Assembly: GCA_965224705.1 (NCBI GenBank)
Contig: OZ245056.1
Location: 1,088,001-1,152,000 of the forward strand
Length of the DNA stretch: 64,000 nucleotides
Reading direction: 5' to 3'
Source of the DNA: Spirochaetaceae bacterium
GTDB lineage: Bacteria; Spirochaetota; Spirochaetia; DSM-2461
Each line of letters starts with the position of its first letter. Positions within the stretch are counted from its first letter, which is position 1. Of the stretch, positions 9,501 through 19,324 are shown piece after piece. Below the pieces are notes generated by a model. It had not been told where the DNA came from, did not search any database, and saw only the letters and a program-made list of their open reading frames with translations. The position numbers were made by a program, and so were the translations under genes.

Positions 9501-9976
9501 AAATCAATCCTCCCGCTATTATCCGCAATAAAATCTTCCTTCATATTTTTCCTAAAATGAATCAGTTTTTCTCTCAATTCAGGATACTTAAGCGCCAGTA
9601 TCTGCACTCCCAGCATGGCCGCATTGTAGGAGTTATTGACACCGACAGTCGCAACGGGTATGGATCTGGGCATTTGTACAATGGAAAACAATGCATCCAG
9701 ACCCTGGAATGCCGCATCCAGCGGCACACCGATTACCGGCAGAGTCGTTTTTGAGGCAATAACACCGGGAAGATGCGCTGATAGTCCCGCTCCAGCGATG
9801 AAAAACTCACAGCCATCTTCTTCCATTCGCTTAATTTCTTCTGTTAGTTTTTCCGGAACTCTATGGGCGGACAGAATGTGAACTTCGTATCGCACCCCGA
9901 ATTTTTTCAAACAAACAGCGGCACCTTTCATTTTCTCCAGATCCGATCGGCTTCCAAATAGAATTGCGCATTTCAC
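9497..9976 (-). CDS. purE: N5-CAIR mutase (class I PurE)
   Basis: GSRSD, SAHR.PE, AGAG.SAHLPG, PVIGVP, SIVQMP..PVATV. Confidence 0.95.
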   Translation of the reverse strand: MKCAILFGSRSDLEKMKGAAVCLKKFGVRYEVHILSAHRVPEKLTEEIKRMEEDGCEFFIAGAGLSAHLPGVIASKTTLPVIGVPLDAAFQGLDALFSIVQMPRSIPVATVGVNNSYNAAMLGVQILALKYPELREKLIHFRKNMKEDFIADNSGRIDL

Positions 9977-9997
9977 ATGAACCTCCTTAATCTCAAT

Positions 9998-12900
9998 CTA
10001 TTCAAAATACTTGATACCCGACTCAAAAAGAGCCTGATACTTCTTACCGGGTATGTTGATGAAATTATTGGAACTATAGCGTTCCGTATGACCCATTTTC
10101 CCAAGGATTTTTCCACATGGCGATGTAATCCCTTCGATAGCAAGATCAGAACCGTTTGGATTAAACCGAGGGTTCATACTGCTGTATCCTTCGTCATCAC
10201 AGTATTGAAAGGCAATCTGTCCGTTCTTCTCTAATTCCTTCAATATGTATGATTTTGCGCTAAACCTTCCTTCCCCATGGGAAATGGCGATTGTATGCAG
10301 GTCTCCTGTGTTCATGTTCTGAAGCCAGGGGGAGTGTGTACTCTGAACCCTGGTTGTAACCATTCTGGAAATATGTCTGTCATTTATATTTTTTGCCAGA
10401 GTAGGTGAATCACTATTGAGTTTACCTATCCTGCCATAGGGCAGAAGACCGGATTTAATCAAGGCCTGAAATCCATTACAGATTCCCAGAATAAGGCCAT
10501 CACGGTCAAGAAAAGTCGCTATGGCCTCTGACACCAACGGGCTCAAAAGAACATTGGCAATGAATTTTCCCGAACCATCAGGTTCGTCTCCTGCCGAAAA
10601 ACCTCCGGCCAGCACGAGTATCTGCGATGTTTGAATTCCCTGCACCATGGCATCAAGACTTGCCAGGATGTCGGCACGATTCCTATTACAGAATACAGAG
10701 ATGAGTGTTGCGGCACCGGCATCCTTAAAGGCACGTTCCGTATCATACTCGCAGTTGCTACCGGGAAAAACCGGAATAAACACTTGCGGAACACCCGCAA
10801 AAAGACCGCTTTGCCAGACGGTCTGACTCTTGTACAAAGCAAGATTGCAGTTCTCAGCACTAAGGATGTCCGGATCATCCTTGAAGACATGATCCAGGGG
10901 TTTCTTCCAGAATCTCAGAGCATCATCAAGAGCTATCGTAAATTGGGAGAATCTAAGTTCCTTCTCTTCAATGGTCTGTCCAAGAACCTGGAGTTCAGGG
11001 TATTCATCGGTCAGGTTTGCATCATCGGATTCAAAAAGGATATCCCCCTTTCCCCGGTCGAAGAGAGGTATGTTTTTACCTTTCCAATCAAATCCAATGC
11101 CATTTCCAATAGCCATTTTGAATATCTGCGAAGCAATGCCTCCTTCTTTCACCGTTGATGCGGATTTAATTTTTCTTTTATGAATCAGAGCCTCCACCAG
11201 ATCAAATCCGTGTTTCAACCTATTCCAGTGTGGTAAATGAAATTCATCCATCTCAACCTTCAGGTAATAGACGGTATTGCCCGGATTTTTGAATTCGGAC
11301 GATACAATATGTTCGATTCTGGATGTTGTGACGGCAAAGGAAATCAATGTAGGAGGAACATGCAGGTCATGAAAGGTTCCAGACATGCTGTCTTTGCCGC
11401 CGATGGCCGGTATATCCAGTTCTTCCTGCACAGACAAAGCCCCCAGAAGAGCGGCAGCGGGAAGACCCCAGTTTTCAGGATCCTTTCCAAGCCGTTTGAA
11501 ATACTCCTGCAGGCTCAGCCGTGCTTTCCTCCATCTTCCGCCGGAGACAACCAGACGCGCCAAAGATGAAATCACGGCATAAATGCTGCCGTGATAGGGA
11601 CTCCACTTTGATATGGCCGGATCAAAACCGTATGCCAAAAGGCTGCAGGTCATCGTTCTGCCATGCTGTACAGGCAGCTTGTGTATGGACGCCTCCGATT
11701 CGCTAAGCTGGTATTTTCCCCCATAGGGCATCTGTACCGTTGCAGCACCGATGGACGCATCAAACATTTCAACCAGACCTTTCTGGGAGCAGACGTTCAA
11801 TCCCGAAACTATGCGTTTCATGGTTTCTTGAGTCGGTTCAGAATCGTCAGTAAATGGCGTCTTTTCCCAGTTGATTGCAGGAAGGGATACGCTGGCCATT
11901 GGCCTGACGCCATTGGTGTCCAGAAAATCCCGGTCAAGATCGACAATCTTCCGGTCTCTCCATTTCAGAACAAATCGATTGTCATTTGTGACATCCGCCA
12001 CATGACTCGCTTCCAGATTTTCTGATTCGGCCAATTGAATCAACTTCTCTTTATCTTCCATGCTCACCAAAACAGCCATTCGCTCCTGAGATTCTGATAT
12101 GGCCAGATCCGTTCCGCTTAATCCCTGATATTTTGTAGGCATCCTATCCAGATTAGCGATAAGCCCCGGACAGAGTTCCCCAATGGCGACGGAAATGCCT
12201 CCGGCCCCCAAATCATTGCATTTTTTGATGAGCTGAGTCACTTTCGGATTACGGAACAATCGCTGGATTTTTCTTTCTTCGGGAGCATTGCCCTTCTGAA
12301 CTTCCGCATTGCAGGTCCGAAGAGATTCATGCGTGTGCTCTTTGGAAGAACCAGTTGCCCCGCCACAGCCATCGCGCCCGGTTCTGCCGCCGATAAGAAT
12401 AATGGCATCCCCGGCAATGGGGAGCTCTCTTCTTACCATGTATTTTGGCACAGCGCCCACAACGGCTCCAAGCTCCATTCGCTTGGCCTTGTAACCGGGA
12501 TCATATATTTCCCTAACAAAACTTGTGGCAAGACCAACTTGATTTCCGTATGAGCTGTAGCCGCGAGCGGCGGTTTTGGTAATACATCTCTGCGGTAGTT
12601 TACCAGGGAGAGTCTTCTCCACGGCTTCTGTCGGATCCGATGCGCCTGTGATTCTCATCGCCTGGTACACATAAGAGCGTCCGGACAGGGGATCCCGGAT
12701 GGCGCCTCCCAAACAGGTGGAAGCTCCTCCAAAAGGTTCAATTTCCGTTGGATGATTATGCGTTTCATTCTTAAACATCATAAGCCAGGGTTCGGCCCTG
12801 CCATCGACATCGACATCAATTTCCACACTGCAGGCATTGATTTCCTCCGAGACTTCCAGATCCTCAAGAAGTCCTTCCAGCCTTTGCCGTCTGGCGGAGA

Positions 12901-13705
12901 TGGTGGCCATATCCATAAGTGTCAGAGGCCTGTTCTCCCGACCACAGCGTGAGCGGAGACTTTTATAATGCTCCAGAGTCCGTACAAGAGTTTCACGAAA
13001 CCGGTCTTCCGGGAGTGTAATTTCAATGAGTTCTGTCTCGAATGTCGTATGACGGCAGTGATCCGACCAATAGGTATCAAGGACTCGGATTTCTGTTTCA
13101 GTTGGAGCGCGGTTTTCTGTTTTACGGAAGTAGTTCTGACAATGCCGTATATCTTCAATGGACATGGCCAATTCCATGGAACGCCGCAGATTATCGGGTT
13201 TGTCCTTGTTGAAATCGGTCAAAACAGAAATATCTGCAGCTTCGGTGCCTAAGTGAAAAATGGACTTATCCGAGAGGTCTTTTTCCCGGGATTCAATGGG
13301 ATTGATGCAATATAACTTAATGCGGGCAAAATCGCTATCTGTAATATGACCTTTTACTATGAACAACTGACTGCTTCTAACACTGCCTGACCAGTCAGGA
13401 TAGATAAGCTGTATACACTGAGCCGCGGAATCTGCCCTTTGATCGAATTGACCGGGGAGATATTCGACAGCGAACTGATGTCTCTCTCCGGGAACCTCTT
13501 CCAATATGACATCTGAAGGAATCTCAGAGAAGATCAACGCTTTTATGGTATCAATCTGCCGGGAATCAACGCCGGTCAATTCGTATATGTTGATCGTTCT
13601 GATTTCTGAAAGATTCTGAAGGCCCAGGGTTTCCACGAGTTCTGATTTCATACAATTGGCATGGTCAATTCTTTTTTCAACGAAAACACGAAAATAATCA
13701 GGCAT
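9998..13705 (-). CDS. purL: Phosphoribosylformylglycinamidine synthase (large fused PurL)
   Basis: DTYWSDHCRH, KNETHNHPTEIEP, ISESQERM, GGKDSMS; glutaminase domain FPGSNCE, GICNGFQ, GHTER. Confidence 0.97.
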   Translation of the reverse strand: MPDYFRVFVEKRIDHANCMKSELVETLGLQNLSEIRTINIYELTGVDSRQIDTIKALIFSEIPSDVILEEVPGERHQFAVEYLPGQFDQRADSAAQCIQLIYPDWSGSVRSSQLFIVKGHITDSDFARIKLYCINPIESREKDLSDKSIFHLGTEAADISVLTDFNKDKPDNLRRSMELAMSIEDIRHCQNYFRKTENRAPTETEIRVLDTYWSDHCRHTTFETELIEITLPEDRFRETLVRTLEHYKSLRSRCGRENRPLTLMDMATISARRQRLEGLLEDLEVSEEINACSVEIDVDVDGRAEPWLMMFKNETHNHPTEIEPFGGASTCLGGAIRDPLSGRSYVYQAMRITGASDPTEAVEKTLPGKLPQRCITKTAARGYSSYGNQVGLATSFVREIYDPGYKAKRMELGAVVGAVPKYMVRRELPIAGDAIILIGGRTGRDGCGGATGSSKEHTHESLRTCNAEVQKGNAPEERKIQRLFRNPKVTQLIKKCNDLGAGGISVAIGELCPGLIANLDRMPTKYQGLSGTDLAISESQERMAVLVSMEDKEKLIQLAESENLEASHVADVTNDNRFVLKWRDRKIVDLDRDFLDTNGVRPMASVSLPAINWEKTPFTDDSEPTQETMKRIVSGLNVCSQKGLVEMFDASIGAATVQMPYGGKYQLSESEASIHKLPVQHGRTMTCSLLAYGFDPAISKWSPYHGSIYAVISSLARLVVSGGRWRKARLSLQEYFKRLGKDPENWGLPAAALLGALSVQEELDIPAIGGKDSMSGTFHDLHVPPTLISFAVTTSRIEHIVSSEFKNPGNTVYYLKVEMDEFHLPHWNRLKHGFDLVEALIHKRKIKSASTVKEGGIASQIFKMAIGNGIGFDWKGKNIPLFDRGKGDILFESDDANLTDEYPELQVLGQTIEEKELRFSQFTIALDDALRFWKKPLDHVFKDDPDILSAENCNLALYKSQTVWQSGLFAGVPQVFIPVFPGSNCEYDTERAFKDAGAATLISVFCNRNRADILASLDAMVQGIQTSQILVLAGGFSAGDEPDGSGKFIANVLLSPLVSEAIATFLDRDGLILGICNGFQALIKSGLLPYGRIGKLNSDSPTLAKNINDRHISRMVTTRVQSTHSPWLQNMNTGDLHTIAISHGEGRFSAKSYILKELEKNGQIAFQYCDDEGYSSMNPRFNPNGSDLAIEGITSPCGKILGKMGHTERYSSNNFINIPGKKYQALFESGIKYFE

Positions 13706-13811
13706 ACCTAAAAGGTTTCTTTGAGGTTTTCACCGTCAGCATCCTATAAACCATCCCGGAGAAATCGGAGGGTGTTTGAGTGCCGACCGCTCAGGTCGGC
13801 TTGTTTAGCCT

Positions 13812-13838
13812 ATTATAATACAGTTTAGTAAACTGTAT
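13812..13838 (-). promoter_or_regulatory. purL -10 element (TATAAT) with adjacent perfect palindrome, putative operator
   Basis: ATTATA at 13812-13817 (TATAAT on minus) and ATACAGTTTA-G-TAAACTGTAT at 13818-13838. Confidence 0.5.
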
Positions 13839-14125
13839 ATAGTGTCCCGAAGAATGAGGAGGGCAATCACATCTAAAATCCACAAAGAACTTCAAGCAGA
13901 TAGTCATTATCCGTCCAGTTTTTTACGCCTGGCGCAATGTCGTCCTGAGTCACTTTGTCCTTCTTCAACAGGTTCAGAGAAATGTGGCGGAGTTTCCCGA
14001 ATTCTGTGGAATCGCATTATTCTCCCTAAAATCTTCCCCAGGGTGGGAAAAAACTGCGGTTTAGTACCGCTTTTAGGAGATTTCACATTCTTTGAGACGT
14101 GATGAAAGTCTTATTCATGGTTTTT

Positions 14126-14222
14126 AACCGCAGAGGACGCAGAGAGCGCGGAGTGTTCAAGGTAATTATTGACCAATCTTTTTATCTCGTATTTCTCTGC
14201 GCACCGTTGCGATCTCTGCGTG
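14126..14222. repeat. Imperfect inverted repeat built of CGCAGAG / CTCTGCG units (REP-like element)
   Basis: Left arm ACCGCAGAGGACGCAGAGAGCGCGGAG, right arm CTCTGCGCACCGTTGCGATCTCTGCGT, AT-rich spacer. Confidence 0.6.
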
Positions 14223-14420
14223 AATGACGGAAGAGAAAACGCAATACCTGTTTGATCTCTCTGGCGAATTAGTTTTTAATGACCGGAGGAAGGGGTTGTG
14301 TCAAATTTCGGCCTGACATAGCTGTGAACGGAAAAGAGGGTGTTCAGGTAGAATGAAGACAGGCTATAACAGGATCAAGCACAATCAAATCGAGGATTTC
14401 CCTGATTCTGGAGGAGGAGT

Positions 14421-15116
14421 TTGATGAAGACAGCATCCAGGCCGAAGAAGTCATCCAGAGAACCCCTTGCGGTCTTCGCCTATAAGGCCATTGCTCGGCG
14501 GATTGTCTGCCTGGAATATGAACCCAGCCAGCATCTGGAGGAAAATCAGCTCATAAGGGACCTGGGCATCGGACGCACTCCGATAAGGGAAGCCCTCGTC
14601 CGTCTACAGGGTGAAAAGCTGGTGGAATCCCACCCTAACCGCGGGATGATCGTCCGCCCCATCACCCTTCAGAATACCAGGGCCATGTTTGAATCCATGA
14701 GCATATTTGAAAGCGGAGCGGCGGAAGTCTCCGTAACAAAGGATTGCAGCCAGGTCCTTCAGAAGCTGAGGGAAGACAATGCCGCCATGATCGAGGCCAT
14801 TAAAGCCAACGACATAATGACAATGGTGGAGGCCAACCATACTTTTCACATGCATTACGCCAGGGCATCCCAGAATGAATTTCTAATCCGGGCCATCCAG
14901 GAAGTGCGAACAGAGGCCAAGCGCCTTTCCTATCTGTCCTACAGTACCAGGATCAATCAAAATCATGTCCTTGAGGAGCACTATGCCACGGTCATAGAGG
15001 AACATGAGGGAATTATCGCCACTCTGGAATCTAAAGATCTCCCGGCTCTTAAAGAGCTGTTGAAAAAGCATGTCCAGACATTCCGGGATCGCATCATCAA
15101 GTTCATGGTAATGTGA
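14421..15116 (+). CDS. GntR (FCD) family transcriptional regulator
   Basis: L.E..L...LGIGRTPIREAL..L..E.LV...P.RG winged HTH; FCD motifs N..FH and EH..I. Confidence 0.92.
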   Translation: MMKTASRPKKSSREPLAVFAYKAIARRIVCLEYEPSQHLEENQLIRDLGIGRTPIREALVRLQGEKLVESHPNRGMIVRPITLQNTRAMFESMSIFESGAAEVSVTKDCSQVLQKLREDNAAMIEAIKANDIMTMVEANHTFHMHYARASQNEFLIRAIQEVRTEAKRLSYLSYSTRINQNHVLEEHYATVIEEHEGIIATLESKDLPALKELLKKHVQTFRDRIIKFMVM

Positions 15117-15134
15117 AAATCCAGAGGAGGAATT

Positions 15135-15893
15135 ATGAAAACCATCGATTTGAACTGTGATATGGGTGAAAGTTTTGGGCGATACACATTGGGTATGGAT
15201 AATCAGATTATGCCGTACATCAGCTCGGCCAACATCGCCTGCGGCTGGCATGCCGGAGATCCCCCTGTCATGAATGCCTCGGTACAGGCGGCTAAATCCT
15301 GCGGTGTCGCGGTAGGTGCCCACCCGGGATACCCCGATCTCATGGGCTTTGGCCGCCGCCGAATGGCCCTGAGTCCCGAGGAAATTCAGCACTACCTTAT
15401 TTACCAGATTGGTGCCCTCCAGGCTTTCTGCCGGGTGTACCAGGTTGAACTTCAGCATGTCAAACCCCATGGAGCCCTTTATCTCGATGCTCTGGAGACC
15501 CCGGAGACAGCCAGGGCGATCGTCCTGGCCGTTCAAAAACTGGATCCCCGCCTCCGCCTCGTTACTCTTGCGGGAAAAAAAGGCGAAGCTATGCGGTATA
15601 TGGCGGAGGAAATGGGACTGCGTGTCATCCTTGAGGCCTTCCCCGACCGGGCTTATACCGCCCAGGGGACATTGATGCCCAGGAGTCGGCCGAATGCCGT
15701 CATTACGGATCCCGGACAGGTGGCACAGCGCGCCCTGGATATGGCCAGGGGATTCGTTATTGTTGAAGACGGCTCGCGGCTCAAACTGGATGTTCAAACC
15801 CTCTGTGTCCATGGAGATAACGAAGAAGCCGTGGCTCTGGTCAAAAGCATCCGTGCCCTTCTGGAGGCCGAGAAAATTCGGGTTTCCCCATAA
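15135..15893 (+). CDS. pxpA: 5-oxoprolinase subunit A (LamB/YcsF)
   Basis: IDLNCDMGESFG, SANIACG.HAGDP, GAHPGYPD..GFGRR, HVKPHGALY, TLCVHGD. Confidence 0.95.
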   Translation: MKTIDLNCDMGESFGRYTLGMDNQIMPYISSANIACGWHAGDPPVMNASVQAAKSCGVAVGAHPGYPDLMGFGRRRMALSPEEIQHYLIYQIGALQAFCRVYQVELQHVKPHGALYLDALETPETARAIVLAVQKLDPRLRLVTLAGKKGEAMRYMAEEMGLRVILEAFPDRAYTAQGTLMPRSRPNAVITDPGQVAQRALDMARGFVIVEDGSRLKLDVQTLCVHGDNEEAVALVKSIRALLEAEKIRVSP

Positions 15894-15895
15894 AC

Positions 15896-15909
15896 GTCTG
15901 ACAGACTCC
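15896..15909 (-). repeat. Possible isolated MITE terminus remnant
   Basis: GTCTGACAGACTCC matches the reverse complement of the MITE end GGAGTCTGTCGGAC with 1 mismatch, and is followed by TATG like copy E. Confidence 0.35.
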
Positions 15910-15941
15910 TATGTGAATCGACGAAAAAAGTCAAAAAACAC

Positions 15942-15968
15942 TTGACATGCATGATGGAAATATGTCAA
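15942..15968 (+). promoter_or_regulatory. Palindrome TTGACAT-N13-ATGTCAA; putative operator and internal promoter before pxpB
   Basis: Perfect 7-bp arms; the left arm is a consensus -35 TTGACA; lies in the pxpA-pxpB gap. Confidence 0.5.
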
Positions 15969-16016
15969 ATATATTTCATGTGTATGGAGTTTCGTTCCAT
16001 CCGCAGGAGATTTAGC

Positions 16017-16727
16017 ATGTTCCCGAACAGAGCGAACCATGATTTACCTCTTTTCCGCTTAATCGGAGACAGCGGACTGCTTATGGAATTGGGGAAGACC
16101 ATCGATCCAGAAGTGAACTCCGTCATACGGGCCATGAGTGTCCGCCTGGAAGACAGTCCACCTCCGGGAGTTAGGGAAATCATTCCCTCCTACTGCGCAC
16201 TGACCCTTATCTACGATCCCCTTGCCGTTGAAATTGAAGACCTGATCTCCGAGCTGTCGGGTCTTCACGCGACTCTTGATGTCCAAAAACTCCCGCCGCA
16301 GAAAACCATAGAATTACCGGTCTGCTACCATTCCAGCCTCGGCCCGGACCTGGATTATGTGGCCAGGGTGAACCGATTGACGCCCGAAAAGGTTGTGGAA
16401 ATCCATACAGCACCGGATTACCCAATTTACATGATTGGATTCACCCCGGGATTTCCCTATCTTGGGGGGCTGTCTGAAAAGATTCACACCCCCAGACTCA
16501 GTACGCCCCGAACCTGCGTACCGGCGGGTTCCGTGGGCATTGCCAACAACCAGACGGGGATATATCCTATCGACAGTCCAGGCGGATGGCAGATTATCGG
16601 GCAATGTCCGATAAAACTCTTCGATCCAGCCAGGGACCCGCCTGTCCTTCTCAAGGCGGGGGGAAAACTCAGATTCAAGGCCATTCCCCTCGACGAGTTC
16701 CAGCGACTCAAGGAGGCTGTCCGATGA
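16017..16727 (+). CDS. pxpB: 5-oxoprolinase subunit B
   Basis: GD..LL, GPDL, IGFTPGFPYLGG, PR..PR..VPAGSVGIA, SPGGWQIIG. ATG 16017 follows GGAG. Confidence 0.93.
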   Translation: MFPNRANHDLPLFRLIGDSGLLMELGKTIDPEVNSVIRAMSVRLEDSPPPGVREIIPSYCALTLIYDPLAVEIEDLISELSGLHATLDVQKLPPQKTIELPVCYHSSLGPDLDYVARVNRLTPEKVVEIHTAPDYPIYMIGFTPGFPYLGGLSEKIHTPRLSTPRTCVPAGSVGIANNQTGIYPIDSPGGWQIIGQCPIKLFDPARDPPVLLKAGGKLRFKAIPLDEFQRLKEAVR

Positions 16728-17686
16728 AGGTCCTGCGCATCATTGAACCGGGCCCATTTACCACCGTTCAGGATCGAGGCCGCTTCGGGTTCCGGCAGTT
16801 TGGGATCCCTCCCTGCGGCATAATGGACCATTGGGCGGGCATCCTGGCCAATCTTTTGGTGGGCACCCCCCCGGATGCCGCCGTTCTGGAATGGACCTTC
16901 ATGGGAGGCCGTCTGGAAGCTCTGGATGAATTCGATCTGGCTGTTACCGGCGGCAATATGGCATTGCGTATAAACGGCGTTCCCCGAAAATCCTGGGAAT
17001 CGCATCGTGTTCACCGGGGAGAGATTATTGAACTTGGAAAGGTAGAAAACGGATGCCGGACCTACCTTGCCATAACCGGCGGCATCGATGTCCCCATCCT
17101 CATGGGCAGCCGATCCACCCATATAGCCGCCCGAATGGGAGGATATGAGGGACGGATTCTCGCCCGGAACGATGAACTTTCAAGGGGACAGGGCAGTCCG
17201 TTGAAGCAGTCCAGAGCTATCCCGAAGGAATACATTCCAGATTATGGATCCGAAATTCTCCTTCGGGTTGTTTCCGGCCCCCAGAGTGACTACTTCGGCA
17301 AGGGAAAGAAAGCCTTCCTCCGCGAAGTATTCACTGTGACGTCCCAATCCAACCGTATGGGATGCCGCCTTCAGGGCCCTTCCATCCACCGTAGGCGAGG
17401 CAGGCCCCAGAGCATTATCTCCGAATCCGTACTCCCCGGGGTAATCCAGGTTCCCGAAGATGGACAGGCCATCGTCCTTTTTTCCGAGCAGACAGTCGGA
17501 GGATACGCCAAAATTGCCACAGTGATTTCCGCGGATATTCCGGTTCTGGCTCAAAGTATTCCCGATACCAGGATCCGATTTGAAGAGATCAGCCTGAAAG
17601 AGGCCCATAGTATCTACCGGAAACAGGCGGATCGTCTCCGGAGTCTGATGGAAACAAATTTTTTCGATACAGGAGGAAGCCTATGA
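16724..17686 (+). CDS. pxpC: 5-oxoprolinase subunit C
   Basis: PGPFTTVQDRGR.G, GSRST, SNRMG.RL.G, GGYAKIA. ATGA overlap with pxpB. Confidence 0.93.
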   Translation: MKVLRIIEPGPFTTVQDRGRFGFRQFGIPPCGIMDHWAGILANLLVGTPPDAAVLEWTFMGGRLEALDEFDLAVTGGNMALRINGVPRKSWESHRVHRGEIIELGKVENGCRTYLAITGGIDVPILMGSRSTHIAARMGGYEGRILARNDELSRGQGSPLKQSRAIPKEYIPDYGSEILLRVVSGPQSDYFGKGKKAFLREVFTVTSQSNRMGCRLQGPSIHRRRGRPQSIISESVLPGVIQVPEDGQAIVLFSEQTVGGYAKIATVISADIPVLAQSIPDTRIRFEEISLKEAHSIYRKQADRLRSLMETNFFDTGGSL

Positions 17687-17840
17687 TCTGGTTTTAACAG
17701 CACATCGAAGGGATTGTCGGCCAACCGACGGACAATAAGCGGATCACGGAAGAGTATTCTGTGTCTCAGAGAAGGGGGGTCTCTCCTGATTTTTTGGAGC
17801 TTCCCGTAGTATTTTGTTTTGCGAATAAGGAGTAAACATA

Positions 17841-18851
17841 ATGAATAAAAGAACGATGATCGTTGCGGCCATGTTTGTTTGTGTCGGAAGTTTTCTGACG
17901 GCTGCCGGTACATCCGATGCCGATGCATTGGGAGAAGAGAAGACGATGAAGCTGGATATGAACGCCATCTATGGGGCTACCAGCTTCCATACGGAGGGGG
18001 CCATGGCTTTTGCGGCCCTCGTCAAAGAGTATAGCGGCGGCACTGTGGACATCACTGTGCATGCTGGCGGCAGCCTGGGCTTCAAGGGCCCGGAATTACT
18101 CAAGGTCGTTGGCGATGGTCAGTTGCCCATGAGCGACATCCTCATGGGAGGTGTCGCAGGCAGTGAGCATCTGTTCGGGCTCAGTTCCCTGCCCCGGCTG
18201 GCCGCGTCTTTCGAAGAAGCCCGGGCTCTCTACCAGGATTCCAAACCCCTCTATGAGAAGGCGGCAGCTAAATGGAACCAAAAATTTCTCTATGCCGCAC
18301 CCTGGCCCCCCAGTGGATTGGTCACCAAAATTCCCGTTGCCGGATCCAGTGACATCGACGGTCTGAAGACCCGGACATACGACAAGAACGGGGCCAATTT
18401 CCTTAAAGAACTGGGTGCCGCGCCCGTGGCCCTGCCATGGGGAGAGGTCTACTCATCTCTGAGAACCGGTATGATCGATTCGGTTCTGACATCGGCGGAA
18501 TCGACCAAAAACGGCAAGTTCTGGGAGGTGCTGGATCATTTTACCAACATTAACTACGCCTTTCCGCTGAACATGGTTACCATAAATACCGATTACTGGG
18601 AGGCTCTGTCCGGGAATCAGCAGGAAGCCATCCTCAAGGCGGCGGCGGAAACGGAAAAGACACAGTGGGAAAAAGCTCAAACCACAACCCGGGAAGCTCT
18701 GGCTGTCATCAAAGAGAACGGATTCACCACCGCCGAACCAGGGGATAGTTTTTCCGCCGAAATGGACGAAGTCGCTAAAATTATTGTGGATGAATTTGCC
18801 GGCCAGGCGGATGAGGAAACACGATCCATCCTTGCGACCTATGCACAATGA
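17841..18851 (+). CDS. dctP: TRAP transporter solute-binding protein (pyroglutamate uptake inferred from context)
   Basis: Signal peptide; ITVHAGGSLG, PWPP.GL, GLK.RTY, LGA.PV.LPWGEVY..L.TG.ID. Confidence 0.9.
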   Translation: MNKRTMIVAAMFVCVGSFLTAAGTSDADALGEEKTMKLDMNAIYGATSFHTEGAMAFAALVKEYSGGTVDITVHAGGSLGFKGPELLKVVGDGQLPMSDILMGGVAGSEHLFGLSSLPRLAASFEEARALYQDSKPLYEKAAAKWNQKFLYAAPWPPSGLVTKIPVAGSSDIDGLKTRTYDKNGANFLKELGAAPVALPWGEVYSSLRTGMIDSVLTSAESTKNGKFWEVLDHFTNINYAFPLNMVTINTDYWEALSGNQQEAILKAAAETEKTQWEKAQTTTREALAVIKENGFTTAEPGDSFSAEMDEVAKIIVDEFAGQADEETRSILATYAQ

Positions 18852-19324
18852 AAAAATTCATCGCTATGATAGAAAAGTTCTCACTTCTGGGAGCTTTTCT
18901 ATCGGCCCTGTTTTTAATTCTTATCGTCGTACTGATCGCCGTGGAAATCGTCTCTCGGGCAGTTTTTAACACATCAATTCTGATTGCCATCGAGTACAGT
19001 GCCTATTTCTTCATCGGTGTGGTTTTGCTGGGCCTGGCCTACACATTGAAGGAGGAAGGGCATATACGAATTACTCTGGTTACATCAATTTTGGGACGGA
19101 GGGCGCAGCTTGTCCTGGATGTCCTGGCCTCCCTGACGGCTATTGCCCTGACAACATTTGCCTTCTACCATGCCTCTATTATGGTATATGACTCCTGGCG
19201 GCTCGGCATACGGGTCGATTCCATTTCAGAACCTCCCCTCTTCCTGTCCCAGTTGGTGATTCCCATTGGCCTGCTCATGCTCGATTTGCAGATGGCGGCA
19301 CGTGTTCTCAGGAGGCTTTCATGA
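18848..19324 (+). CDS. dctQ: TRAP transporter small permease
   Basis: 4 TM helices, GHIRIT motif, lies between dctP and dctM. Confidence 0.9.
   Translation: MKKFIAMIEKFSLLGAFLSALFLILIVVLIAVEIVSRAVFNTSILIAIEYSAYFFIGVVLLGLAYTLKEEGHIRITLVTSILGRRAQLVLDVLASLTAIALTTFAFYHASIMVYDSWRLGIRVDSISEPPLFLSQLVIPIGLLMLDLQMAARVLRRLS

Noticed and set aside
13706..13810. Known purine, ZTP or PRPP (ykkC) riboswitch upstream of purL
   Set aside because: Their conserved core sequences could not be found by eye; kept only as an unnamed candidate leader.
13975..14097. Possible further inverted-repeat element (CAGAGAAATGTG...CACATTCTTTG)
   Set aside because: Arms are short and imperfect, and there is a single copy in the window.
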